Source: an uncultured archaeon (lineage in GTDB: Archaea > Thermoproteota > Nitrososphaeria > Nitrososphaerales > Gagatemarchaeaceae). Taken from it: a DNA stretch of 64,000 nucleotides. This document shows, piece by piece, positions 10,107-19,345 of the stretch. The stretch's first letter is position 1. Each line of letters opens with the position of its first letter. Below the pieces are notes generated by a model. It ran no database searches. It was not told where the DNA came from and saw nothing but the letters and a program-made list of their open reading frames with translations. The stretch covers positions 640,001 to 704,000 of the forward strand of contig CAWFOU010000007.1 of the NCBI GenBank assembly GCA_963817525.1. Direction: 5' to 3'. The translations under genes and the position numbers were made by a program.

Positions 10107-10385
10107 CTATTGCACTATCTCCGCCTTTCTTAGGCGTATCCCCTTCCGCATCTTTTCCTTGTTGCACTCCTTGCATTTGATTTTCAAGGTCGCCTTCTTG
10201 GTCGTCTTGGCTGTCCTGATGAGCTCGGGGAACTTCTGGCCTCCGTAGCCGCGCTTCCTGCCGGCCTGACGCCTGGCTCCCCACGAAGACGCCCGCTCCT
10301 TCCCCTTCTTGTAGAGCGACACCGAGTGTAGGGTGTGCTTCTTGCACGAAGGGCAGAACGTGTTTAATTCTTTTGGAATCTTCAT
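10107..10385 (-). CDS. rpl44e: 50S ribosomal protein L44e
   Basis: TFCPSCKKHT, GYGGQKFP, AKTTKK, CKEC. Confidence 0.95.
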   Translation of the reverse strand: MKIPKELNTFCPSCKKHTLHSVSLYKKGKERASSWGARRQAGRKRGYGGQKFPELIRTAKTTKKATLKIKCKECNKEKMRKGIRLRKAEIVQ

Positions 10386-10453
10386 CCTTTCGCCGGCTTA
10401 CAAAACCTTCGAATATTCCCTCTTTAAAAGCATCGCTAATCTTACCGAGCCAG

Positions 10454-11134
10454 CTAGTCCGAATCTGGAGTCCTTGGTTTTGATTCGGCAGGACTCCACC
10501 AATTGTCGAGATTCGGTTTGAGGCTTGCCATGAGGTCTGCTGGAGGCTCGAACTTCAGCTGATAGACCTTGCCCTCTGGTCCCCGCTGCGACGAGAGAAC
10601 GGAGTACACGTTAGCGGCGAAACGCATCACGGCTTCCGGTTCAGTTCTCCATTTTGCCTCGACTAGCGACACCTCCGACCGCTTGTGGAAAATCGGAGGG
10701 ATATCAAAGAAAGTTCCCAGGACCGCCCTCGCCCGAATGTCATCGTTGCTCAGGATTCCTATGGTGAAGTATTTTGGTTGACCGTCTTTCGCTGCACCGT
10801 TTCCCAAATTCATCACAATATGTACGCAAGCCAGAATCCCTTGCTCTTGGTCAAACTTCCTGATCATGACGTAGCCAGACGGTTTGTCGTCCTGCCCTTC
10901 GGTCGCCGGAAGGAACCAGATGCGCATCCTGTCCTTGGACGCGTCCCATTCGCCCCGTGCGAGGAGATTAAGGTCTAAGTCTACCGGCGAGAATGGGACG
11001 GACGCAACCAACGAATAGACACGCGGCCTCTCTCCACGGAGGTAGCCTTCCAACTGGACCCTCAACTCTGACGACCTCCCCAAAAGGCGGAAGGAGAACT
11101 TAAGCGCCCATTCGGCAAAGAGATCTCGCGACAA
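10454..11134 (-). CDS. Hypothetical protein
   Basis: 226-aa ORF filling the gap between rpl44e and PCNA; no recognised motif. Confidence 0.5.
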   Translation of the reverse strand: MSRDLFAEWALKFSFRLLGRSSELRVQLEGYLRGERPRVYSLVASVPFSPVDLDLNLLARGEWDASKDRMRIWFLPATEGQDDKPSGYVMIRKFDQEQGILACVHIVMNLGNGAAKDGQPKYFTIGILSNDDIRARAVLGTFFDIPPIFHKRSEVSLVEAKWRTEPEAVMRFAANVYSVLSSQRGPEGKVYQLKFEPPADLMASLKPNLDNWWSPAESKPRTPDSD

Positions 11135-11194
11135 ACCGAGAGCATCTTTATTATCGGTCCTAATGCAACCGAGGGAAGGCGAGCACCACCAAGC

Positions 11195-11950
11195 ATGTTT
11201 TTCGCGAAGACTGCAGGCTCACAAGAGTGGAAGGCTGTTGCAGCGGCGATAAAGACGCTCGTGGAGGAGGCGACCTTCGAGGTCTCTAGCGAGGGCCTAG
11301 TCTTCAGGGCAATGGACCCTTCTCACATCGCACTCGTGGATCTCAATTGGCCAAACTCTGCGTTCGAGAAATTCGAGTGCGACAAGCCGACCAAATTCAC
11401 GCTAAGGGTGGAAGACTTTGTGAAGCTGATCGCGAGGACTGATGCCAAGGACAGCGTGGAGATAGCCTCCAGCGAAGATGACGCGCTCACGCTCAGGCTG
11501 ATGAACGGATACAAGCGCGAGTTCAAGGTCCACCTGATTGAGACGACACCGGGCACCGCTCCCCTCCCAAAATTGGACCTCGACGTCAAGCTGACCATGA
11601 GCAAGAGCGTGTTCGAGAAGGTCCTTGGGGACATCTCGGTTGTGGCAGACCAAGTCATGATATCCTCACTAAAGGAGGGGGTCTCTTTCTCCGGAAAGAG
11701 CGACGTGGGAGCAGCCACCATACAGCTAGACAAGGGCGGCGCGGATGTACTTGACCTGCAGGTGAAGCTGGAAGCGAAGGCAAGCTACAACATCGATTAT
11801 CTTTTAGGGATCGCAAAGGCAGTAGGCTCAGCATCAGATACGGTAGTGATAGAGTACTCATCTAAGAAGCCTTGCAGGCTCCAATTTCGCCTCAATGAGC
11901 AAGGTGCGCAGATTTTCTACTTCCTCGCACCTCGCATCCAAGAGAATTAG
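11195..11950 (+). CDS. pcn: DNA polymerase sliding clamp PCNA
   Basis: AMDPSHIALVD motif and C-terminal YFLAPRI. Confidence 0.95.
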   Translation: MFFAKTAGSQEWKAVAAAIKTLVEEATFEVSSEGLVFRAMDPSHIALVDLNWPNSAFEKFECDKPTKFTLRVEDFVKLIARTDAKDSVEIASSEDDALTLRLMNGYKREFKVHLIETTPGTAPLPKLDLDVKLTMSKSVFEKVLGDISVVADQVMISSLKEGVSFSGKSDVGAATIQLDKGGADVLDLQVKLEAKASYNIDYLLGIAKAVGSASDTVVIEYSSKKPCRLQFRLNEQGAQIFYFLAPRIQEN

Positions 11951-12157
11951 TCCCGTTTCCTAAAATAAGCTCAAATCTTGTCTTGCCATACTCTTCCTTT
12001 ACAATTTAGCTTCTTTAATGTATTGTAGATGTAGCCGAGTTTTTTCGCAATAACTTGGGTCGACTTGTTCGAGCCCCAAAAAGGTCCACCGTCGAGGATA
12101 AGAGAACTAGTCTGCCCCTCACTATTCTTATAATCGACGGCCCGTCGAAGCAACCTC

Positions 12158-13243
12158 TTGTCCGTGAGCAGCCCCAAGCCCGAGACCGGCCCCTCCCATG
12201 CGGACGAGAAGAGCACCGCGTTCCTGAGGAGGACCTTCCGGGAGCACTACTTCAGGCACCACGACGACGTCGAGGTCCCCACCATGATCGAGAAAAGGGA
12301 GTTCGGATACATCCCGTTCGGGAAGGGGATGGTGAGGCACCTCTCCTACAAGTCCTCGGGCGAGCTGGCGGCCGACCTGGTGAAGCAGGCCCCGTCGTCG
12401 GCCTTCTGCTCCAACGGGGTCTACTCCGACCCGAGACTGCCGATGGACGAGAAGGGATGGAAGGGCGCCGAGCTGATCTTCGACATAGACTCGAGCTCGA
12501 TCCCCACGCCCTGCAGGAGCAAGCACAGCTTCTGGACGTGCAAGAGCTGCGGCAAGGTCACCCGGTCGGCAGAGAGGCCGGCGCGCTGCCCGAGGTGCGA
12601 GGGGACCAACACGACACAGCTTCACTGGAGCTGCGCGGAGTGCCTGGAGGCCACCAAGGAACACGCCTCCCGGCTGATAGGCTTCCTGACCGACGACTTC
12701 GGGGTCCCGAGCGCGAGCATCAGCGTGTACTTCTCAGGGAACAGGGGGTATCACCTCCACGTGCAGGACGAGAGGTTCGAGGGGCTGGACTCCCCAGCCC
12801 GCGCGGAGATTGCGAACTACATCAGGGGCACCGGCCTGTCTCTCCCGCAAGTGTCCGACTACTTGCCCGCCGTGGGCTGGGCGGGGAGGATAGCCGCCGG
12901 CGGCGACAAGGACCGCCCGAAGCTGGCGCATGTGGTCGACTCGTTCGGCTCCAATATCGACGAGTCCGTCACAACCGATATACACCGGATTTTCCGCATG
13001 CCTGGGACGTTGCACGGCAACTCCGGGTTGCTGAAGATGAGGGTCCACGACCTGCGCGCGTTCAGGCCGGACTACGACCCAGTGGTTCTCGGAGACGACG
13101 AGGTCACCCTTTCAGTGCAGGGCGCGCCCGCGTTCAGCCTAAAGGGGAGGACGTTCGGGCCGTACTCGTCCGAGGAGCCCGAGCTCCCTACGTACGCCGC
13201 CGTCTACCTGATGACCAAGGGGCTAGGGAAGGTCCTCGAGTAG
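12158..13243 (+). CDS. priS: DNA primase small (catalytic) subunit
   Basis: KREFG, ELIFDID, FSGNRGYH, IDESVTTDIHRIFRMPGTLH; contains a CxxC...CPRC Zn insertion. Confidence 0.95.
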   Translation: MSVSSPKPETGPSHADEKSTAFLRRTFREHYFRHHDDVEVPTMIEKREFGYIPFGKGMVRHLSYKSSGELAADLVKQAPSSAFCSNGVYSDPRLPMDEKGWKGAELIFDIDSSSIPTPCRSKHSFWTCKSCGKVTRSAERPARCPRCEGTNTTQLHWSCAECLEATKEHASRLIGFLTDDFGVPSASISVYFSGNRGYHLHVQDERFEGLDSPARAEIANYIRGTGLSLPQVSDYLPAVGWAGRIAAGGDKDRPKLAHVVDSFGSNIDESVTTDIHRIFRMPGTLHGNSGLLKMRVHDLRAFRPDYDPVVLGDDEVTLSVQGAPAFSLKGRTFGPYSSEEPELPTYAAVYLMTKGLGKVLE

Positions 13244-13825
13244 ATGGAGAACATACCAACCGTGGAGAGGCTGAGGCAGGTCCTGCAGTCCGAGGAGGCC
13301 TCTGAGGAGCTCACCGTGATCCCTCCGGACACCTACGTACGACTGAGCAGCTACGCCCAGAAACTCCGTGCGACCATAGGGTCGGGCAACGACGACATCC
13401 CAGGGCGCATCGCAAGGAAGCAGCTCTGGCTGATCGAGGTGATGACGAGGCGGCTCCTCCAGCTTCGCCTGAGCAAGGCGCGGAGGAAGACCCCCCAGGA
13501 GGGGCAGCCCGCGCGCCCCTCAAAGAACCTCCTGCCCGAGGAGGCCTACATAGACGACGTGCTGCAGCAGTCCGTAAGGAAGGAGGAGAGGTTCCTAAAG
13601 GCGGTCGTGGACGGGCAGCCATCCTTCTTCACGCTCGTGCAGAGGGGGGAGACGCAGAGGATGACCACGGTGAGGATCTCGAAGCGCGTCGGCGAGATAA
13701 TAGGTGCAGATCTGAAGAGATACGGGCCCTTCGAGGTGAACGACGTGGCGAGGATCCCGATGGGGAACGCCCAGGCGATGGTCGCGGGTAGCCAGGCAGT
13801 GCCTATCTCAGGCGACGAGCTCTAA
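13244..13825 (+). CDS. GINS complex subunit (Gins51/Gins15 type)
   Basis: Follows priS directly; helical A domain then B domain IIGADLKRYGPFEVNDVARIP. Confidence 0.85.
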   Translation: MENIPTVERLRQVLQSEEASEELTVIPPDTYVRLSSYAQKLRATIGSGNDDIPGRIARKQLWLIEVMTRRLLQLRLSKARRKTPQEGQPARPSKNLLPEEAYIDDVLQQSVRKEERFLKAVVDGQPSFFTLVQRGETQRMTTVRISKRVGEIIGADLKRYGPFEVNDVARIPMGNAQAMVAGSQAVPISGDEL

Positions 13826-15078
13826 GAGTCTAATGGGCGCTTAAATCCAGTACGCAACTTCAAACCCGGACACCAATGATACGAGCCTACTCATTTCGCT
13901 TTTACCCAACTTCAAAGCAATCTCAGAGGCTCGAAGAGACGCTTGAACTGTGCCGATTACTCTACAACGCCGCGCTAGAGCAACGCAGGTATGCCCGCGG
14001 CCTAGGGCAACCAATCTCCTACCACATCCAGCAAAACCAACTCCCCGAATTGCAGGAGGTACTGGAGGGGTTCAAGCAGGTTTACTCGCAAGTCTTGCAA
14101 AACGTGTTACGGAGGGTCGATTTTGCCTTCAAGAACTTCTTTGACAGGTGTTCGAGGAGAAAGAAAGGCGAGCGAATCAATGCCGGATATCCTAGATTCA
14201 AACCCTCCTGGAGATACAACTCGTTCACGTATCCGCAAGATGGCTTCAAGATACTGCCCTCCGGCCATATCTTGCTCTCGAAAATCGGAAAGCTGAGGGT
14301 CTTCATGCACAGGAGGATTGCGGGGGAAATCAAGACCCTCACTCTGAAGCGCGATCAAGTCGGAGACTGGTTTGTGGTAATCACTACTAGGCTTGCGGAA
14401 GTCCCACCAATTCAACCAACGTCTGCGCTAGGAGTCGACGTCGGCTTGAAAAGCCTGGTCACGTTGAGCTCCGGCGAACAAACAGAAGCACCGAAGTTCT
14501 TGAGAGTATCTGAACTGAAGTTGACTCGGGCCCAGAGAGCTTTCAGCCGCAAGCTTCCCGGATCTAACAATAGAAAGAAGGCCCGTCTCAAACTGGCCAA
14601 GATTCACAGGAAGATTGCACGACAAAGGGGCGACTTTCTGCACAAGCTTTCGAGGAATCTTGTCCGCAAGACCGACCTGCTGATTTTCGAAAACCTCCAC
14701 ATACCGAACATGACCAAGAACCAAAAGCTGGCGAAGTCAATACATGACGCTTCTTGGGGAACTTTGATTCGATACGCTTCTTACAAGGCTTCGAGCGCCG
14801 GTAGGAAAGTCGAGCAGATAGACCCGAGAGGCACAACGCAACGATGTTCAGGATGCAGAAGTAGCGTCAAGAAATCTCTGTCGGAGAGGGTTCATCGGTG
14901 TCCAATTTGTGGGCTCATCTTGGACAGGGACTTGAATGCGGCGCTTAACATCCTGGACGTAGGGAGGGGCACTCCCGAACTCAAGCCTGAGGAGACTCGG
15001 CCACCGCTTCCGATTTCCGGGAGCGAGCATCGAGTCGAGGAGGCAGGAAGCCCACGACTATTCGTGGGAGGATGTCAC
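13826..15078 (+). mobile_element. Non-autonomous IS1341-like element (tnpB only)
   Basis: Right end GAAGCCCACGACTATTCGTGGGAGGATGTCAC (hairpin plus TCAC); no tnpA; left end inferred just after the GINS stop. Confidence 0.65.
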
Positions 15079-15084
15079 GAGTAG
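13876..15084 (+). CDS. tnpB: RNA-guided endonuclease TnpB (IS200/IS605 family)
   Basis: AYSFRFYPT, CRLLYN, RuvC GVDVG / FENL / DRDLNAALNI, Zn finger CSGC...CPIC. Confidence 0.95.
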   Translation: MIRAYSFRFYPTSKQSQRLEETLELCRLLYNAALEQRRYARGLGQPISYHIQQNQLPELQEVLEGFKQVYSQVLQNVLRRVDFAFKNFFDRCSRRKKGERINAGYPRFKPSWRYNSFTYPQDGFKILPSGHILLSKIGKLRVFMHRRIAGEIKTLTLKRDQVGDWFVVITTRLAEVPPIQPTSALGVDVGLKSLVTLSSGEQTEAPKFLRVSELKLTRAQRAFSRKLPGSNNRKKARLKLAKIHRKIARQRGDFLHKLSRNLVRKTDLLIFENLHIPNMTKNQKLAKSIHDASWGTLIRYASYKASSAGRKVEQIDPRGTTQRCSGCRSSVKKSLSERVHRCPICGLILDRDLNAALNILDVGRGTPELKPEETRPPLPISGSEHRVEEAGSPRLFVGGCHE

Positions 15085-15422
15085 CTACGCCAGGTGTGAT
15101 TGCACTTGAGGCAGCGGTAGAACTGGGTCGGTGGCTCGTCCCCGCTCCTGGTCTGCAAGAACCACCAGTTGGCCTCGTCGTGCCCGCACTTTGGGCACTC
15201 TATCTTGGTCGTGGGGAGCGTCGACAGCTTGCTCTCCTTCTCTCCCACGACTTTTATCGTCGGCACCTCCGAGTACTCCTCTTCGTTGGCCTGGGTGACC
15301 GTCTTGCCCGCCTTGTCAGAATAGCCGCAATTGTCACAGAGGAGGGTGATCGTAGCCCCGCCCTTCTCCGCCTTTACTTGCTTGAGCTTTAGTCGAGTAC
15401 CACACTTGGGACAGAACTTCAC
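15075..15422 (-). CDS. tfs: Transcription factor S (TFS/RpoM family)
   Basis: MKFCPKCG...QTRSGDEPPTQFYRC..C.HTW. Confidence 0.95.
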   Translation of the reverse strand: MKFCPKCGTRLKLKQVKAEKGGATITLLCDNCGYSDKAGKTVTQANEEEYSEVPTIKVVGEKESKLSTLPTTKIECPKCGHDEANWWFLQTRSGDEPPTQFYRCLKCNHTWRSYS

Positions 15423-15706
15423 TCCGACCCACCACTGATGGCCTTGGTCACAGCGTCTAGCAGCTCGTGCGAGTTAGCCTGGGCCCTCTCGAGGCTCGCA
15501 ATCAGGGCCTTTTCGGGCTTTATCCGCTGGGCACGGACCTTCACTACTAGCTTCTTTATCAGAGGATGGGGAGGCAGGACGCCTGCGAACGTCACGTTCT
15601 TCTCGTCCAGCAGCTCGTGATGCACGATCTCTGCGAGCGAATAGTCTTCTCCCGTCACCTCGACGGTGAACTCTCTGTCCTCTTTCCGGGAGACTTGGAC
15701 CTGCAT
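15419..15706 (-). CDS. rpoL: RNA polymerase subunit L (Rpo11)
   Basis: GEDYSL...VTFAG..PHPL; position upstream of tfs. Confidence 0.85.
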   Translation of the reverse strand: MQVQVSRKEDREFTVEVTGEDYSLAEIVHHELLDEKNVTFAGVLPPHPLIKKLVVKVRAQRIKPEKALIASLERAQANSHELLDAVTKAISGGSE

Positions 15707-15761
15707 CTGTTTTCGGAACCGGGCCGCTTCGGGTCGTTAATAAGGTATTATGCGTCTGAAG

Positions 15762-15953
15762 CTACCTAGTCTCCGCCTGGCTGCCGCCATTCGCCTTTCC
15801 TCTTCTCCTTGCCCTGCCTTCGGTGGCCTCAAGATGCTGCCTCTTTGCGCCCTCCAGGCAACGCCAGCAAATCAATCTCCCCTTGTGATAGTCCGCGGCG
15901 GGTCTCTTGAAGCAGAAGGTGCACATCTGGACAACCTTGACGGGGGGCGGCAA
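15762..15953 (-). CDS. Small CxxC-CxxC hypothetical protein
   Basis: CTFC...CWRC; TTAATTA box upstream. Confidence 0.35.
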   Translation of the reverse strand: MPPPVKVVQMCTFCFKRPAADYHKGRLICWRCLEGAKRQHLEATEGRARRRGKANGGSQAETR

Positions 15954-16040
15954 TGGTCCGCCTAGATCAAGAGAAAATTCTAATTAAACGACCATGTCCA
16001 GACACCGACCAGGCAGAACCTGCGTCTTGAGGGCAAGCCT

Positions 16041-16634
16041 TTACGGCTGGATGTTCGGGGTGCCAAAGTCGTCCGCGAACTTCCGCTCCTCGACGCTGCC
16101 GCACTGCTCGCACCGGGTCCTCCCCTCGTCTCCCCGGGGCAGTGGCGCGCCGCATACGCTGCAGAGCGCGGCTATCACTCCCAGGTGGGTCTCGTCGATG
16201 GACAGCTGGTTCATCCCGTTCAGCGTGCTGGCGACCCTCGCCCTCACGACGTCCGCCAGCTTGACGTAGGTGCGCCTCTCCCCCCTCCCTCCGCGCTCTC
16301 CGCGCGTGAAAATCGTGCCCGGGAAGCTGGCGTGGCTCTCGACCCCGTTGATGTACGAGACCTTCACTCCTGCGGTGCTCGTCATCGCGGCCTCCACCTG
16401 GCCGATCACGACGTCTCCCACCTTCAAGGTCTTCGCGACCACCGCGGGGCGCACCGCGACCTCTCTCTTCGAAAGGTCCTTCTCGACCCGTCCAGGGTGC
16501 GTGGCCCTCACCGAGTCCCCTTGCTCATACGCGTTCTTTCCCGGAAGGAACTCTTCAGGGGAAGCTAGAAAGTCTCCCGGAAGCACGACGGCTGCCGAGG
16601 CGGCCTTCTTCGCATCTGCTTCTTGCTTGCTCAT
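16041..16634 (-). CDS. csl4: Exosome subunit Csl4
   Basis: VLPGD...EEFLPG, S1 domain, LGVIAALCSVCG...CEQCG..EERKFA. Confidence 0.93.
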   Translation of the reverse strand: MSKQEADAKKAASAAVVLPGDFLASPEEFLPGKNAYEQGDSVRATHPGRVEKDLSKREVAVRPAVVAKTLKVGDVVIGQVEAAMTSTAGVKVSYINGVESHASFPGTIFTRGERGGRGERRTYVKLADVVRARVASTLNGMNQLSIDETHLGVIAALCSVCGAPLPRGDEGRTRCEQCGSVEERKFADDFGTPNIQP

Positions 16635-16643
16635 CTCTATACA

Positions 16644-17684
16644 CTAACCCGCTCGCCGCGGAATCTGGCCCACTGTGAGCTCGATCCACTTCGGCCTGTG
16701 CAAAAAGTCGTTCATCCCCCTCCCCTCGAGCAGCCCCACGAGCGCGTCCGCCTGAGGGATCGAGAGGACCGGCTTGCTGAAGGTGAAGCCGTCTATGGAG
16801 ATCCTCGGACAGGCGGTCTGGACGAAGGCCTCGATGTGCATGTACTGAGCGAGCCTGTCAGGCGTGATGTCCCGCATCGCGAGCTGGACCACCTTCTTCC
16901 CGTTGGCCTGAAGCCTGCTGGTGATCCATTTCGAGCGCCCTACCATCATCTGGCCCTCCTTCAGGCCGGTGACCACGCCGAAGACCTTCGCGTCGAGGGC
17001 CTTGTAGACGGCGAGTACCGCTCTCTTCTGCCTCTCCTCGGCCTCCTCCTTCATGTCGCGCATCTCCTCGAGGTACGGGTCGAGGAGGTAGGTCGGCTTC
17101 CCCGTCGCCAGCGCGACGCCCACGGCATGGAACTCGCTCTGTCCCAAGTAGCAGAACGCGTCGACCTGCTCTGTGTTCTCGAACACCGTCGAAAAGTCGC
17201 ACCCGAACGTCTGGCTCCCGAGGAGGAGGTTGTTCTTCCTGCCGAGGTGGACCTCGAACCCGGCCTCCTCGAGCTGCCTCTTCACGGGCCCGAGCTGGTC
17301 AAGGTGCTGGCTGAACGTGGCTAGCCCTATCCGCTTGTACTTTGAGAGCAGGGGAATCGACCTCTGGACGACCGCGTCGAACCTGATGTCGTCCTTTGCG
17401 TCCACCAGGTAAGTGTAGTCGCCGACCTCCAAGACGGAGGCGTTGTGCCCGATGTGCAAGGCGAGGCTGGCGCCGAGCCTCTCGACCTCGTTGTCCACGG
17501 TGTCGCATATCCCAAAGCAGCTGTCTCCGACCAGCACGCACTGGACGCCGTACTTGAGCTCGACGACCCGCATCAGCTCCATGGTCTGCCTCAGGAGGCC
17601 GCCGGGGGCGTTCAGGATTATCCTGGTCGGGTGCTTCTCCTCGATGAGGTTGAAGACCCGCTCTGTGTCGATCTTTACGGTCAA
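16644..17684 (-). CDS. dph2: Diphthamide synthesis radical-SAM enzyme Dph2
   Basis: CFGICD, GCD, TACPRI Fe-S cysteines. Confidence 0.93.
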   Translation of the reverse strand: MTVKIDTERVFNLIEEKHPTRIILNAPGGLLRQTMELMRVVELKYGVQCVLVGDSCFGICDTVDNEVERLGASLALHIGHNASVLEVGDYTYLVDAKDDIRFDAVVQRSIPLLSKYKRIGLATFSQHLDQLGPVKRQLEEAGFEVHLGRKNNLLLGSQTFGCDFSTVFENTEQVDAFCYLGQSEFHAVGVALATGKPTYLLDPYLEEMRDMKEEAEERQKRAVLAVYKALDAKVFGVVTGLKEGQMMVGRSKWITSRLQANGKKVVQLAMRDITPDRLAQYMHIEAFVQTACPRISIDGFTFSKPVLSIPQADALVGLLEGRGMNDFLHRPKWIELTVGQIPRRAG

Positions 17685-18196
17685 GCAGGAACAGCCGCTT
17701 CTGTCTTCTTTAGCTGCGTGACGACTATCTTGTATGTGAACGGGAGCTTCGTGGTCGCCGCCTTCAGGGCCGCCTTGGCCTTCTCGAGGTTCTCCGCCTT
17801 GATCAGGATGTCCAGTATTACGCTGCCGATGTCGACTCGCGCCGCGACCCCTATAGGCTTCCCGAACGCCTTGCGCATCCCCTCCTGCAGCCTGTCCGCT
17901 CCTGCGGTGGCGATCATCTTGTTCTCGCGCATCACCACAAATGGGTACGAGACCACCCGAAGGTAGAACGCCTCCTCGCCGACGAGGGCGAGCTTCTTGC
18001 TCGCCGCGACCCTCGCCGCCTCTAGCGCGTTGCTCCTTATCTGGAGCCGGTTCAAGGAGACCAGCTCAAGCTTGTAATCGTAATCGGCGCTGAACTTGCC
18101 TGTGGTGAACCTCGCGACCTTGGGGTTGGGGGTGCCAGGTGCGAACTTCTTGTTGTAAAACATTGACTTCGCTTCGCGATAATTTGCTCCGTGGAC
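17681..18196 (-). CDS. rpl10e: 50S ribosomal protein L10e (uL16)
   Basis: IRSNALEAAR, RENKMIATAGADRLQEGMRKAFGKP; homology-like HGANYR continues upstream of the ATG at 18163 to a GTC at 18196. Confidence 0.9.
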   Translation of the reverse strand, partial: VHGANYREAKSMFYNKKFAPGTPNPKVARFTTGKFSADYDYKLELVSLNRLQIRSNALEAARVAASKKLALVGEEAFYLRVVSYPFVVMRENKMIATAGADRLQEGMRKAFGKPIGVAARVDIGSVILDILIKAENLEKAKAALKAATTKLPFTYKIVVTQLKKTEAAVPA

Positions 18197-18445
18197 CCCC
18201 CTTCACCTCTTCAAGACGGCCACCTTGGCGACCCCTAATTAATGTTGACTAATCCGCTCTGGCAGCCATGCTAGTGGCTTCCTAAATCCACCCAGCGAAG
18301 TACCCTGTTTTATCAACGGCCGCAATTCTACGCATTGTCGATTGCGTCCAAACTCAAAAGAATTGCCCTGTCTACCCGCGAGTTATGGGTGCCTCGTAGT
18401 TTGGGCAGGCCCTTCTATTCCAATAGTTCCACTCGGAGATAGTCC

Positions 18446-18517
18446 GTTCGGACGGCTCTGGTGCGTCTTAGGGAGATAGGCCCTCGAGAACTTATGGTGG
18501 TGCATCTCGGGAGATGG
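18446..18517. repeat. 72-bp repeat, copy 1 (inverted relative to 19226-19297)
   Basis: Reverse complement matches 19226-19297 at 66 of 72 positions by manual alignment. Confidence 0.9.
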
Positions 18518-18606
18518 CATCTCAGCGCTGGTAGTGGCCCCCATCGGCACCGTTCGGACAAAGATGTATTAGTTACTAACTGACCCTGATAGAATCGTGC
18601 CGCCTT

Positions 18607-19209
18607 ATGCCATCGAGAACAGCGGTCGGAACAGTGGCAATCGTCCTCGGCATCGTGATCGTAATTGCAGCAACAGGCGCCATCTTCTATGTCAACGAAT
18701 CAGCTACCAATCCAGTCCAAATACACACACTGTCAACGACTTCCATCACCTCAGTCAGGACAATAGTTTCCAGTCAGTCCGCGACATCAAGTTCAGCCGC
18801 GACCTCCGCAGATTCTGAAACGTGCTACCAAGGCTCAGTGCCCACGAACACCTCGGCGTCTGGCAGCCAATCGGCATACAGCAGAACCGTCTTCAATGTC
18901 ACACAGGAATTCAATTCGTGGAGTTGGATGTCCTTGTCCACCTTCAAGGTCGGGTCGTATACCTTCGTCACTACAAACCCCGCAACGACCCAGGGCGTCA
19001 CCACGTTGGAGCCTCAACTATTCTTCAATGTGACGAACAGTCAAGGCCAGATGCAAACAACCAGTTTTACGAATCTGGGCGGCTGGAACGGCCAAGTGTG
19101 GCCTCCTGACATGGGGCTTCAGGCAGCGCTCTTCGGAGGGGATGCGACCATACAGTGGCTCTTTCTTTGCAACAGTCAGAATGTCTTCTTGGAGGTAACA
19201 ACGCAGTAG
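18607..19209 (+). CDS. Membrane-anchored/secreted Ser/Thr-rich protein
   Basis: N-terminal hydrophobic helix, S/T linker, N-glycosylation sequons. Confidence 0.7.
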   Translation: MPSRTAVGTVAIVLGIVIVIAATGAIFYVNESATNPVQIHTLSTTSITSVRTIVSSQSATSSSAATSADSETCYQGSVPTNTSASGSQSAYSRTVFNVTQEFNSWSWMSLSTFKVGSYTFVTTNPATTQGVTTLEPQLFFNVTNSQGQMQTTSFTNLGGWNGQVWPPDMGLQAALFGGDATIQWLFLCNSQNVFLEVTTQ

Positions 19210-19225
19210 GTTAACAGAATCTTTT

Positions 19226-19297
19226 CCATCTCCCGAGTTGCACCAGCATAAGTTCTCGAGGGCCTATCTCCCGAAGACGCACTAGAGCCGTTCGGAC
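19226..19297. repeat. 72-bp repeat, copy 2
   Basis: Inverted copy of 18446-18517. Confidence 0.9.
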
Positions 19298-19345
19298 AAA
19301 ACTATTAGTTTAGGCGGGCTATCCAATCACTATCGAGGCCCTAGC

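Noticed and set aside
12055-13305. Long alternative-frame ORFs (also 29778..30626, 3023..3853, 6677..7513 and others)
   Set aside because: Shadow ORFs caused by high GC, overlapping clearly identified genes.
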